Program-made: the position numbers and the translations under genes
In this document: positions 54,066 to 63,267 of the stretch, in pieces
Position numbering within the stretch: position 1 is the first letter of the stretch
Layout: every line of letters begins with the position of its first letter
Source of the DNA: Candidatus Falkowbacteria bacterium
GTDB taxonomy: Bacteria; Patescibacteriota; Patescibacteriia; Patescibacteriales; VMTK01
NCBI GenBank assembly: GCA_013791585.1
Contig: VMTK01000018.1
Location: 7,316-71,315, forward strand
Reading direction: 5' to 3'
Length of the DNA stretch: 64,000 nucleotides
Notes under the pieces: model-generated
What the model saw: the letters and a program-made list of their open reading frames with translations, nothing else
The model's database searches: none
Told to the model about the DNA's origin: nothing

Positions 54066-54224
54066 GGAAATTTGAAATTAGAAATTGGAAATTGGAAATT
54101 TGGGCATTAGTTTTTGTTTAATAAAACATATTTTAGCGGTTTTAAAATTCAGTTCTTTTTTATATTTTTCTTTATTTCTAATTTCAAATTTCTAATTACA
54201 AACATATTTCTAATTTCAAAAATT

Positions 54225-54626
54225 ATGGCAAATCAAAACTATATTACTCTAGGTAATTTGCAAGTTTATCAATTATCAAGGCAATTATCAAGACAGGCAT
54301 GGACAGTTTATAAAAACATGGATTGGCAAATAAAGAAAGTGATCGGAGATCAATTTATTAGAGCAACTGATTCAATAGGAGCTAATATCGCGGAAGGATA
54401 CGGCAGGTATCATTATTTAGACAAAATCAAATTTTATTATAACGCAAGAGCATCGCATTATGAAGCTATAGCTCATTGGCTGGATTTGTTATTTGAAAGA
54501 TTATTAATAGAAAAAAAAGATTATTTAAGTATATTAAAAATATCAAGTGAACTTGCGCCAAAGCTTAATGGCTTTATTTCATCAACTTATAATGCTAAAC
54601 AAAATTATCAAATTTCTAATTTCTAA
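54225..54626 (+). CDS. four-helix-bundle protein (23S IVS protein family), start at MANQNY
   Basis: LQVYQLSRQLSRQAWTVY..SIGANIAEGYGRYHYLDKIKFYYNARAS; the upstream part of the ORF-track ORF is repeat-derived. Confidence 0.8.
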   Translation: MANQNYITLGNLQVYQLSRQLSRQAWTVYKNMDWQIKKVIGDQFIRATDSIGANIAEGYGRYHYLDKIKFYYNARASHYEAIAHWLDLLFERLLIEKKDYLSILKISSELAPKLNGFISSTYNAKQNYQISNF

Positions 54627-54646
54627 TTTCTAATTTCCGTAAATAT

Positions 54647-56002
54647 ATGCCAAAAATAAATTTTAAAAAGAAAAATATTAAAAAAGACGGCCAGATGAAA
54701 GATAACGGCAAGAGAAAAAGAAGGTTCGCCCGGCTCAGGGGCATGAGGGATGTTTTGCCTGACGAATATAAATATTGGAATTTGGTGCTTTGCAAAGCGG
54801 CCAAATTGGCTGAAACGTACAGCTTCAACCGAATTGACATTCCGGTTTTGGAGCAGATGGATTTATACGAACGTTCAAGCGGAAAAACCAGCGATATCGT
54901 CACCAAGGAGATGTTTTCCTTTGTTGACAAAAGCGGGGACAGGATCGCTTTGCGCCCGGAAGCGACTCCCGGCATGGTCAGATCCTATATTGAGCATGGA
55001 ATGTTCAATCTTCCCCAGCCGGTGAAATTATTTCTGCTCGGGCCGCTGTTCCGCCACGAAAAGCCCCAGTCCGGCAGGTACAGGCAGCATAACCAGTTTG
55101 ATTTGGAAATATTCGGCGAAAGCAATCCGGCGGCTGACGCGCAGTTGATTTTAATAGCTTATAATTTTTTCCGCGAATTGCAAATTGAAGTCCAGATTCA
55201 AATCAACAGCATCGGATGCGAAGAATGCCGGGAAGAGTATTGCCGGCAGCTGGTTGAATTTTATAAAGAAAGGGGCAAAAGAGCCAAGCTGTGCAATGAC
55301 TGCAAAAAAAGATTGGCTAAAAATCCTTTGCGCCTGCTGGACTGCAAAGAAGCGCCATGCATTGAGCTGAAAGAGGAAGCCCCGCAAATAGTTGATTCCT
55401 TGTGCGATAATTGCCGCAACCATTTTATCAAAGTTTTGGAATACTTGGACGAGCTGGATGTCGCTTATAATCTGGACCCGCATTTGGTAAGAGGATTGGA
55501 TTATTACAACAAAACAGTTTTTGAAATTTTTCCGCTCAACAGCGAAGATCAGGGCAGGCAGATTTCTTTGGGCGGAGGCGGGCGCTATGACGGATTGGTT
55601 GAGCAAATGGGAGGCAGGCCCACGCCTGCTTGCGGCTTTGGCATAGGGATTGAGCGCGCGGTTTCGCAAGTTAAAGAAAAAAATATACCAATCAAAGAAA
55701 ACAACAAGGCGGATATTTTTTTGGCCCAATTGGGAGAGCAGGCCAGGCAGAAGGCCATGGTTTTGTTTGAAGAATTGCGCCGGGCGGGATTTCAAATCAG
55801 GGAAGCGTTCACCAAAGACAGCTTAAGGTCCCAGCTTGAAATAGCCAACCGCATGGGAGTAAAATTCAGCTTGATTTTGGGGCAGAAAGAAATAATGGAC
55901 AAGACTATTTTAATTAGGGATATGGAATCAGGCATTCAGGAAGTGGTTGACTGCAAAAAGCTGATTTTGGAAATTGAAAAAAGATTAAATAATGGGAAAT
56001 AG
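54647..56002 (+). CDS. hisS: histidyl-tRNA synthetase
   Basis: RGMRDVLP, ALRPEATP, GPLFRHEKPQSGRYRQHNQFD, GGGRYDGL; the start may be a downstream Met. Confidence 0.9.
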   Translation: MPKINFKKKNIKKDGQMKDNGKRKRRFARLRGMRDVLPDEYKYWNLVLCKAAKLAETYSFNRIDIPVLEQMDLYERSSGKTSDIVTKEMFSFVDKSGDRIALRPEATPGMVRSYIEHGMFNLPQPVKLFLLGPLFRHEKPQSGRYRQHNQFDLEIFGESNPAADAQLILIAYNFFRELQIEVQIQINSIGCEECREEYCRQLVEFYKERGKRAKLCNDCKKRLAKNPLRLLDCKEAPCIELKEEAPQIVDSLCDNCRNHFIKVLEYLDELDVAYNLDPHLVRGLDYYNKTVFEIFPLNSEDQGRQISLGGGGRYDGLVEQMGGRPTPACGFGIGIERAVSQVKEKNIPIKENNKADIFLAQLGEQARQKAMVLFEELRRAGFQIREAFTKDSLRSQLEIANRMGVKFSLILGQKEIMDKTILIRDMESGIQEVVDCKKLILEIEKRLNNGK

Positions 56003-56237
56003 ATGATTTTAATGACCTTGTTTGATTATAAAAAGTTCATTGATTTTAATGCGGTTTTGTTAAATTAGTTCTTAGTTAAAGGATGGTAAAATAAAACATA
56101 AAAATCAAGAATATAGAATTAATTTAACGTATTTAACTAAGAACAAAAACTGTAATTAAAATAATTAAATTATTACTTGTTAATAATATGCGGTTTACAT
56201 AATGTGAACCTTGATTTTCTAGATCGGAGGTATTTTT

Positions 56238-56474
56238 ATGGTAGAGTTTAAAAGAAAAAAAGGCGAAAGCTTTGAGGCCTTTTTAAGAAGATTCAATAAG
56301 CGGCTGCAGCAAAGCGGCAAGCTGTACCTTGCGCGCCAGATTCAGTATTTGCAGCCGGAAAAAAGCAGAGACGAAAAAAAGAAAAGCGCTTTGATCAGAA
56401 AAAAATTTCGCGAAGGCAAGGAATATTTAAGAAAAATCGGAAAATTAAAAGAAGAGAATACCAGACGATGGTAA
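56238..56474 (+). CDS. rpsU: ribosomal protein bS21
   Basis: MVEFKRKKGESFEAFLRRFNKRLQQSGKL. Confidence 0.85.
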   Translation: MVEFKRKKGESFEAFLRRFNKRLQQSGKLYLARQIQYLQPEKSRDEKKKSALIRKKFREGKEYLRKIGKLKEENTRRW

Positions 56475-56582
56475 GAAATTTTCTACCGCTCTTTAGAGCG
56501 GGTTCAAGAGGCTTTAGCCTCTTTCGGTTTTGATGCTAAAGCATCTTGAACCCGAACTAAAATTCGGTAGAAGAATAAAAAT

Positions 56583-57044
56583 ATGCCTAAATTGCGACAA
56601 CAAATAAATAATGACTTAAAGCAGGCAATGCTCAACAAGGAAGCTGAAACATTGTCTGTTTTAAGGATGCTGATCAGCTCAATCAGAAACCAGGAAATCG
56701 CTTTGAGAAAAGGCGAGGATGTGAGTTTGACCGACGAACAGATTGTCAAAGTTTTAAGAAGTGAAATAAAAAAAAGAAAAGATTCTGTTTTAGCGTATGA
56801 ACAAGGCAACCGGCAGGACTTGGCTGAAAAAGAAAAGAGTGAAATGCAAATTCTGGAAAAATATTTGCCGCCGGAATTAAGCGATGAAGAAGTAGAAAAA
56901 ATTATCAAAGAAGTTTTGTCGGGATGCGCCGGCGCGTCCATGAAAGCATTTGGCAAAATCATGGGGCAGGTTATGGCGAAAGTAAGCGGCAAGGCGGACG
57001 GGGGCATGGTTGGCGGGAAGATTAAGGAGATGTTGGAAAAGTAA
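56583..57044 (+). CDS. GatB/YqeY-domain protein
   Basis: INNDLKQAMLNKEAETLSVLRMLISSIRNQEI..LTDEQIVKVL..KYLPPELSDEEVEKII. Confidence 0.85.
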   Translation: MPKLRQQINNDLKQAMLNKEAETLSVLRMLISSIRNQEIALRKGEDVSLTDEQIVKVLRSEIKKRKDSVLAYEQGNRQDLAEKEKSEMQILEKYLPPELSDEEVEKIIKEVLSGCAGASMKAFGKIMGQVMAKVSGKADGGMVGGKIKEMLEK

Positions 57045-57086
57045 AAGAATAAATACAGGAAAATATATAAAAAAGCACCCTAAACC

Positions 57087-57142
57087 CAGGGTGTTTTTTG
57101 TATGTTAAAACTTGTATCATTTGGTGCAAATGATACAAGTTG
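57087..57142. repeat. 56-nt module, copy 2 (stem AACTTGTATCA/TGATACAAGTT, loop TTTGGTGCAAA)
   Basis: Shares the 26-nt 5' part and the loop with 26057-26112. Confidence 0.7.
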
Positions 57143-57144
57143 TT

Positions 57145-57981
57145 TTATTTGCTATTTACCGGTTTGTAGAATATGTTTGACTTTGCGCCAAACCTGATTA
57201 ATTTTCCTTGTTTTTTTAATATATTAAGGTAGCGGACAGCTTGAACATGCTTTACTCCGGTCAACCTCTCCACATCATCATTTGTTATTCTTTGTGTTTC
57301 TTTGCCGTATTCCATTATTTTATCCAAGTTTTTTTGTACTTTTTCGCTTCGTTTTTGATTAGCTTGTTGCCTGAATTCAGTTAGTTTGTTTTTGAATTTG
57401 GTTATAAAAGGCACTGTTGGCTCTGCGGCCGGCCCGCCTTCACTTTGTTTCGGCGTGGCAAGTTGGACTGTTTGGATTGGTTTAGTTGGCTGGACTGGAG
57501 TAGTTTGAATGGGTGGTTGAGCGGTTGGCTCGGTTGATTTGTCGGTTTTAATTTCAGCAGGTGGTATTGGTTTAATCTCTTCAGTAGGCCCGCCTTCACT
57601 TTGTTTCGGCGTGGCAAGTAATTCAGTTTTTTGCTTTTCAGACAATTCTTCTACAACCTGCGGCTGTTTTTCTTCTGCTTGTTCAGTTTTTTCTTGGGTT
57701 GGTGTCGCAAGTTGCGGTTCTGGTTCAATAGCTTGTTTTAGTTCTGCTTCCGCGGGCAAGGCGGCTGGCTCTTCTGCTGGGACAATTGGTTTTGATATTT
57801 CTGCTTTTGTTGGCGCGGGAGGAGATGGCGCGGGAGTTGGTGGGTTATCAGCAGGGGATTGCGCTGGTTCCGGTGTAGGATTGTTTACTGGTGCGGGTTC
57901 ACTCCCGCCTTCACTTTGTTTCGGCGTGGCAAGCGCAACAGGATTATTTTCTGTTTGAATTGTTTTGTTTTCTTCGGTCAT
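57145..57981 (-). CDS. Pro/Thr/Glu-rich repeat protein with a C-terminal wHTH-like domain
   Basis: Three LATPKQSEGG(P/S) copies encoded by the repeat CTTGCCACGCCGAAACAAAGTGAAGGCGGG; C-terminal ITNDDVERLTGVKHVQAVRYLNILKKQGKL. Confidence 0.6.
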   Translation of the reverse strand: MTEENKTIQTENNPVALATPKQSEGGSEPAPVNNPTPEPAQSPADNPPTPAPSPPAPTKAEISKPIVPAEEPAALPAEAELKQAIEPEPQLATPTQEKTEQAEEKQPQVVEELSEKQKTELLATPKQSEGGPTEEIKPIPPAEIKTDKSTEPTAQPPIQTTPVQPTKPIQTVQLATPKQSEGGPAAEPTVPFITKFKNKLTEFRQQANQKRSEKVQKNLDKIMEYGKETQRITNDDVERLTGVKHVQAVRYLNILKKQGKLIRFGAKSNIFYKPVNSK

Positions 57982-58008
57982 GCTTATAGTTTAGCAGATT
58001 TGCGGGGG

Positions 58009-58038
58009 TTTGAAAAATTTTAGGGGAAATGGTAGAGT
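58009..58038 (+). promoter_or_regulatory. shared promoter, copy C
   Basis: TTGAAAAATTTTAGGGGAAATGGTAGAGT. Confidence 0.55.
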
Positions 58039-58080
58039 AGAGGTAGGAGATTGATCGCGGTTTCCCCAATATTTTTAAAT

Positions 58081-58905
58081 ATGGCAGCAAAAAATAAAAT
58101 TTTAAGCAATATAAAAAATAAACCTTATTTCGTAAAGGATAATTTTGTATTGTATAAAAATGATTGTTTAAAAATCCTAGAACAAATTCCCGAGAATTCA
58201 ATTGATATGATTTTTGCCGATCCGCCTTATTTTTTATCATCAGGAACATTCAGCTGCCAAAACGGAAAAATGGTAAGTGTTAAAAAGGGGAACTGGGATT
58301 TAAGCAATGGACTGAAAAAGGATTTTGATTTTCATATAGCTTGGACTAAAGCTTGTCATAGAGTTTTAAAACCAGGCGGGACTATTTGGATTAGCGGAAC
58401 TTATCATTCAATTTATCAGTGCGGATTTGCTTTGCAAGTTAATAAATTTCATATTTTAAACGACATAGCATGGTTCAAGCCGAATGCGTCGCCGAATTTA
58501 AGCTGCCGTTTTTTTACTGCCAGCCATGAAACCTTAATTTGGGCTAGAAAAGACAAAAAAGGAAAGCATAAATTTAATTATAAATTAATGAAAGAGGGTA
58601 ATTGGCCTGAAGATTTTATTAAAAAGCCGGGACTTCAAATGAGAAGCGTTTGGGCGATGGGGACGCCAAAGCCGGCAGAAAAAAAATTCGGCAAGCATCC
58701 GACTCAAAAGCCGATAGATTTGTTGGTTAGAATAGTTATGGCAAGCACGGACAAGAATGATGTTGTGCTTGATCCGTTTGCAGGATCATCAACAACCGGC
58801 TTGGCGTCCGCTTTGAATAATAGAAAATTTATCGGGATTGATTTAGAAAAACAATATTTGGATTTGTCTGTGAAAAGATTTAAGGATTTAAAAAATATTA
58901 AATAA
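58081..58905 (+). CDS. beta-class N4/N6 DNA methyltransferase (start at MAAKNK)
   Basis: IFADPPYF (DPPY) early, HPTQKP and VLDPFAGSSTTG late. Confidence 0.85.
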   Translation: MAAKNKILSNIKNKPYFVKDNFVLYKNDCLKILEQIPENSIDMIFADPPYFLSSGTFSCQNGKMVSVKKGNWDLSNGLKKDFDFHIAWTKACHRVLKPGGTIWISGTYHSIYQCGFALQVNKFHILNDIAWFKPNASPNLSCRFFTASHETLIWARKDKKGKHKFNYKLMKEGNWPEDFIKKPGLQMRSVWAMGTPKPAEKKFGKHPTQKPIDLLVRIVMASTDKNDVVLDPFAGSSTTGLASALNNRKFIGIDLEKQYLDLSVKRFKDLKNIK

Positions 58906-58909
58906 AATT

Positions 58910-59548
58910 ATGCAAACAAATAAAAAACAAGAAAAAAATACTTTAAGCTTACTCGGCAATCTAGAAGTTATTCGTTGGTGCTATGAGGGAATTACGGATG
59001 TTACCATGAAAGATACCAGCAATCAAAATGTTTTAAATGAAGCAAAGATGATAGAAAAAAAATGGGGTAATGCTGCGGTTGGCGGCGACGGGGGCGGACA
59101 ATGGACAACTAAATTATGTGAAGATTTAGTTATGGAAGGATTGATTAAGCTGGGCAGAAAGAATGTGAGAAAAACCACGCCCATAAAAAGCTCATTAAGG
59201 AATAAAAAATACAATCCTGATTTGGAATGTGATGATTATGTCTACGAAGTAAAAGGCAGTAATTGGTGCGTTACCGGCACAGCTGGGGAAAAAATTCTTG
59301 GCGTTCCCTTAAAATATGGGGAAGTGCCGAGACTATTTAAAAAACCGCTGCAAATAATATTGGTAGGATATCAAGAATACGAAGCCCGAATGGGCTATGC
59401 TTTTGGTGATTTATTGGATGAGAATAATCAAACAAAAGAATTACATGCAAGTCTAGCTTTTTACAAAGAACAAGACATTGAATATGTTGCATTTACTGAT
59501 ATATTGCAAGCGATAGGGCTTAATGATGGCTGCTGGAATAATAATTAA
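58910..59548 (+). CDS. putative type II restriction endonuclease partner
   Basis: Directly follows the methylase; PDLECDDYVYEVKG gives a D..(D/E)xK-like motif; no family recognised. Confidence 0.4.
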   Translation: MQTNKKQEKNTLSLLGNLEVIRWCYEGITDVTMKDTSNQNVLNEAKMIEKKWGNAAVGGDGGGQWTTKLCEDLVMEGLIKLGRKNVRKTTPIKSSLRNKKYNPDLECDDYVYEVKGSNWCVTGTAGEKILGVPLKYGEVPRLFKKPLQIILVGYQEYEARMGYAFGDLLDENNQTKELHASLAFYKEQDIEYVAFTDILQAIGLNDGCWNNN

Positions 59549-59643
59549 ATTTTAAAAACACACCAAAAAAACACCCCCTCAGGGTGTTTTTGCATTTTCC
59601 CGCAACGTGAAAAAACCATATAACAATATAACTATATAAATAA

Positions 59644-61110
59644 TTATATCCCATGAATCAATCTTTTGATATTTTCCAGCCGTGAATGCGTAGCCGATTG
59701 CTTTATTTTGCTGCTGGCGCGGTGGGTTTTTACGAATTTCAGCCAGTCGCGGTTCGGGCCTTTTCTGTTTTTATCAATAATAATCTCCACCACATCGCCG
59801 TTTTTTAATTCTCGGTCAAGAGTCGCTATGCTGTTGTTGACCAGCGCCCCGCTTGCTTGGCTGCCGACATCAGTATGGACCGCGTAGGCGAAGTCAACCG
59901 GAGTCGCGTTTTCCGGCAGATCAAAGACATCGCCTTTCGGGGAAAAGACAAAAATGCGGCCGCGGAAAACATCAAATTTCATTTGCGCTATAAAGTCATT
60001 GGTATTTTCCGCGTTTCTTTGGATTTGCAGTATTTTTCTTATCCATTTCGGCTGGCTGTCCGCCTGTTTGGCCGAGCCGATTTTTTGCTTGTAATACCAA
60101 TGGGCGGCAATTCCATAATGCGCTTCCTCATCCATTTCCCGGGTTCTGATTTGGAATTCCGTTGCCTTGCCTTCTATGCCGAAGACGGTAGTGTGCAAGC
60201 TGCGGTATCCGTTGGGTTTTGGCACGGCAATATAATCTTTAAAGCGCTTGGTGTTCGGCTTCCACAAAGTGTGGATTGTGCCTAGTGTTTTATAACAGTC
60301 TGATATGGTGGGCACGATGATGCGCAGAGCGAACACATCTTGAATTTCATTGAATTTTCTTTCTTTCTTTTGCATTTTTTGGTAAATACTGTAAAGATGC
60401 TTGAATCTGCCTTGTATTTCATAAGAAATATCCGCTTCATTAAGCTTTTGGCCAAGTATATTTTTTATTTTTTGGATATATTGGTTGCGCTCAACTTTTT
60501 TTTCAACCTCGTATTTAAATTCCAGATTTTTATATTCTTCCGGATAAAGATGCTTGAAGCAGATGTCTTCCATCTGCCATTTCAGGCGCCAGATGCCGAG
60601 CAGGCCAGCTATCGGCGCGTAAATTTCCAGAGTTTCCTGGGCGATGCGCAGCCGCTTCTCGCGCGGCAGAGCGTCCAACGTCCTTAAATTATGCAGGCGA
60701 TCGGCAAACTTGATTAAAATAACCCTTAAGTCCCGCGCCATTGATAAAAACATTTTGCGCAGGCTTTCCCTATATCTTTCAATGCCGCGGTATTTTATCT
60801 TGCTTAATTTGGTTATTCCCTCAACTAAATTCGCCACTTCTCGCCCGAAGTTTTTTTCAACTTCTTCCAAAGTATATTCGGTGTCTTCAGGCACATCATG
60901 CAGAATGCCGGCGATTATCGTGTTCAAATCGGCTTTCATCCCGGCTAAAATAAAAGCAGTGTGCAAACTATGCTGGATATACGATTCGCCGCTTTTTCGC
61001 TTCTGGTTCTTATGGGCTTTTTGCGCGAATTCATGCGCCAGCTCCAGCATGGTAGTGTCTGCTTTGGGGTTGTTTTTTTTAACTTTGCCGATAATTTGGC
61101 CTATGGTCAT
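59644..61110 (-). CDS. RelA/SpoT-homolog bifunctional (p)ppGpp synthetase/hydrolase (HD + synthetase + TGS, short form)
   Basis: HSLHTAFILAG..GILHDVPEDT, DYIAVPKPNGYRSLHTTV, IFVFSPKGDVFDLPENATPVDFAYAVHTDVG. Confidence 0.9.
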   Translation of the reverse strand: MTIGQIIGKVKKNNPKADTTMLELAHEFAQKAHKNQKRKSGESYIQHSLHTAFILAGMKADLNTIIAGILHDVPEDTEYTLEEVEKNFGREVANLVEGITKLSKIKYRGIERYRESLRKMFLSMARDLRVILIKFADRLHNLRTLDALPREKRLRIAQETLEIYAPIAGLLGIWRLKWQMEDICFKHLYPEEYKNLEFKYEVEKKVERNQYIQKIKNILGQKLNEADISYEIQGRFKHLYSIYQKMQKKERKFNEIQDVFALRIIVPTISDCYKTLGTIHTLWKPNTKRFKDYIAVPKPNGYRSLHTTVFGIEGKATEFQIRTREMDEEAHYGIAAHWYYKQKIGSAKQADSQPKWIRKILQIQRNAENTNDFIAQMKFDVFRGRIFVFSPKGDVFDLPENATPVDFAYAVHTDVGSQASGALVNNSIATLDRELKNGDVVEIIIDKNRKGPNRDWLKFVKTHRASSKIKQSATHSRLENIKRLIHGI

Positions 61111-61419
61111 ATGTTTGTAATTAGTAATTTGAAATTTGAAATTTGGGCATTAGTTTTTGTTTAATAAAGCGCATTTTAGAATTTTGGAATTTTTTGTATT
61201 TTTCATTTTCATTTTTTAAAATAATAGAATAAATCCAAATTTCCAGTTTCCAGTTTCCAATTTCCAAACTTTTGCTTTCTTTTTGTATTTTATGTTATAA
61301 TAACATTATATATTAAACTGTGGATTAGTCAATTTCGCATAACGCATAATGCATAACGCATAACGCATAACGCATATAACATGTTATGTGTTGTGTGTTA
61401 TGCGTTATGCGCGTTCCCC

Positions 61420-63225
61420 ATGCTTAAATTATTAAAACTAAATAAACATTTTATAACAGGCATATTTATTGTCGCGATGTGCGCTGTTTTTTTATTGCCG
61501 AATTCAGTTCTCGCGCAAAATAATATTGATATTGGCATGGAATACGGCAATCAGCTGGGTTTGAGCAGCGAGGATCCGCGCATTATAATAGTAAAAATTA
61601 TTAGGATATTGCTGGGATTTTTAGGGCTGATCGCGGTCTCATTTATAATGTACGCCGGCTGGCTGTGGATGACCAGCGAAGGAGATGAGCAAAAGATAAG
61701 GAAAGCCAAGGATACATTAAAAAGCGCGATTATCGGGCTGGTTATCATGCTGGCGTCTTTTGCCATAGTTAGCTTTATTTTGCAACAAATGCAAGGCGCG
61801 CTGGGCGGCATCGGTCCGGGCGGCGCCCCCCCTGACCTAAGGGTTGGAATCAATGCTTTGGGCGGAGGCATAATTGAGGCGCATTACCCTTCGCGCAACC
61901 AGACAGATGTTCCGCGCAACACCAAAATAGCGATTACTTTCAAAGAGCCGATGCGGCTGGCTGATATTATCAGCGATACCAATGGCTCAGGCAGCTGGGG
62001 AGACTGGATTGACGACGGCGACAGCATAATGGAAGACGGGGAGTATGACAAGATTAATTCAAGCAATATTTTAATATACAAAACAGTTGTCGGCTCAGGC
62101 GGGCCTTTTACTGATGATTTATACGCCGCTTCAACCGCTGATAAAAAGTCATTTGTGTTCAGGCAGGTTGATCCGTCAAATTATATCGGCAGCCCGTCGG
62201 AAAACATCTGGTATTCCATAGCGCTCACCAAAGATATCAAGAAAGACAACGGAGACAGCGCTTTTCAAGGAGTCGTAGGGGATATTGCTTACGAATGGTC
62301 GTTTCAAGTAAGCACAATTATTGACATTACGCCCCCGCAGATCATAGATGTTATTCCGGAGCCGAATAATACTTACGCGCGCAATATAGTGGTTCAAATT
62401 AATTTTAATGAAGCGGTTGATCCTTTGCTATCAAGCGGCGAAACCATAAACGGCTTTACAAACATTGAAGTTCAGGATTTGGGTTCAGGTCTTAATACAG
62501 AAGGCGCATTTTATGTTTCAAACCAATACAAGACAGTTGAATTCTTGACAACCGATGCTTGCGGAGTTAATTCATGCGGCGGCACAATTTACTGCTTGCC
62601 CGGCAATGCCAATGTGCAAAGCTTGATTAAGGCCGCTGACTTAGCTTCGTTTTTGGGAGGCATAGCCGATATGGCTGACAATTCTCTAGACGGCAATGCT
62701 GACGGCACAGCCCAAGGCCCGGTGTCTGATTGCGATTTAGCCGGCTTGCCGGACAGGCCGACCTGCCTCGCTGATGGTGATAATGCTTTTTGGCAGTTCA
62801 GCACCAATAATACGATTGATTTGACTCCGCCGGAAATAGAAGCAATATTGCCGGCGAGCGGCCAGAGCGCGGTAAGCTTAAGCGCTGTTCCGGAAGCTAT
62901 TTTCAGCAAGTATCTTTTAAGCGCCACATTAAATACAACCAATATTATTATGAGCAGCGATCCGGTTCATTTGTTTAATCATTGGATCGGCAAAAATAAC
63001 GACACTGTCCTTGGCAGAACATCCGCTTATATTTACCACGACCAATTTGAAGAAGACACTGATTACGCGCCGCTGTTTTTTTCAGAGATTTTGGATGTCT
63101 ACCAGAATTGCTACAATCCGGCCGCTGGCCCGGGCTGCGCCCCAAACCCGCCGAGTCAGCCGTATTGCTGCCCCAACCCTTCCCTGCCAGGCAGTTTTAT
63201 TTTAAGCGCGAGTTCGTGCCCGTAG
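61420..63225 (+). CDS. secreted/surface protein with a TrbC/VirB2-type pilin-like N-terminus (start at MLKLLK)
   Basis: FIMYAGWLWMTSEGDEQKIRKAKDTLKSAIIGLVIMLASF; Ig-like middle region, Cys/Pro-rich end; the upstream part of the ORF-track ORF is a CGCATAAC palindrome. Confidence 0.55.
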   Translation: MLKLLKLNKHFITGIFIVAMCAVFLLPNSVLAQNNIDIGMEYGNQLGLSSEDPRIIIVKIIRILLGFLGLIAVSFIMYAGWLWMTSEGDEQKIRKAKDTLKSAIIGLVIMLASFAIVSFILQQMQGALGGIGPGGAPPDLRVGINALGGGIIEAHYPSRNQTDVPRNTKIAITFKEPMRLADIISDTNGSGSWGDWIDDGDSIMEDGEYDKINSSNILIYKTVVGSGGPFTDDLYAASTADKKSFVFRQVDPSNYIGSPSENIWYSIALTKDIKKDNGDSAFQGVVGDIAYEWSFQVSTIIDITPPQIIDVIPEPNNTYARNIVVQINFNEAVDPLLSSGETINGFTNIEVQDLGSGLNTEGAFYVSNQYKTVEFLTTDACGVNSCGGTIYCLPGNANVQSLIKAADLASFLGGIADMADNSLDGNADGTAQGPVSDCDLAGLPDRPTCLADGDNAFWQFSTNNTIDLTPPEIEAILPASGQSAVSLSAVPEAIFSKYLLSATLNTTNIIMSSDPVHLFNHWIGKNNDTVLGRTSAYIYHDQFEEDTDYAPLFFSEILDVYQNCYNPAAGPGCAPNPPSQPYCCPNPSLPGSFILSASSCP

Positions 63226-63267
63226 GATAGAAAGTAAAAAATTTTGTTTTAAATTTAATTTTTTAAT

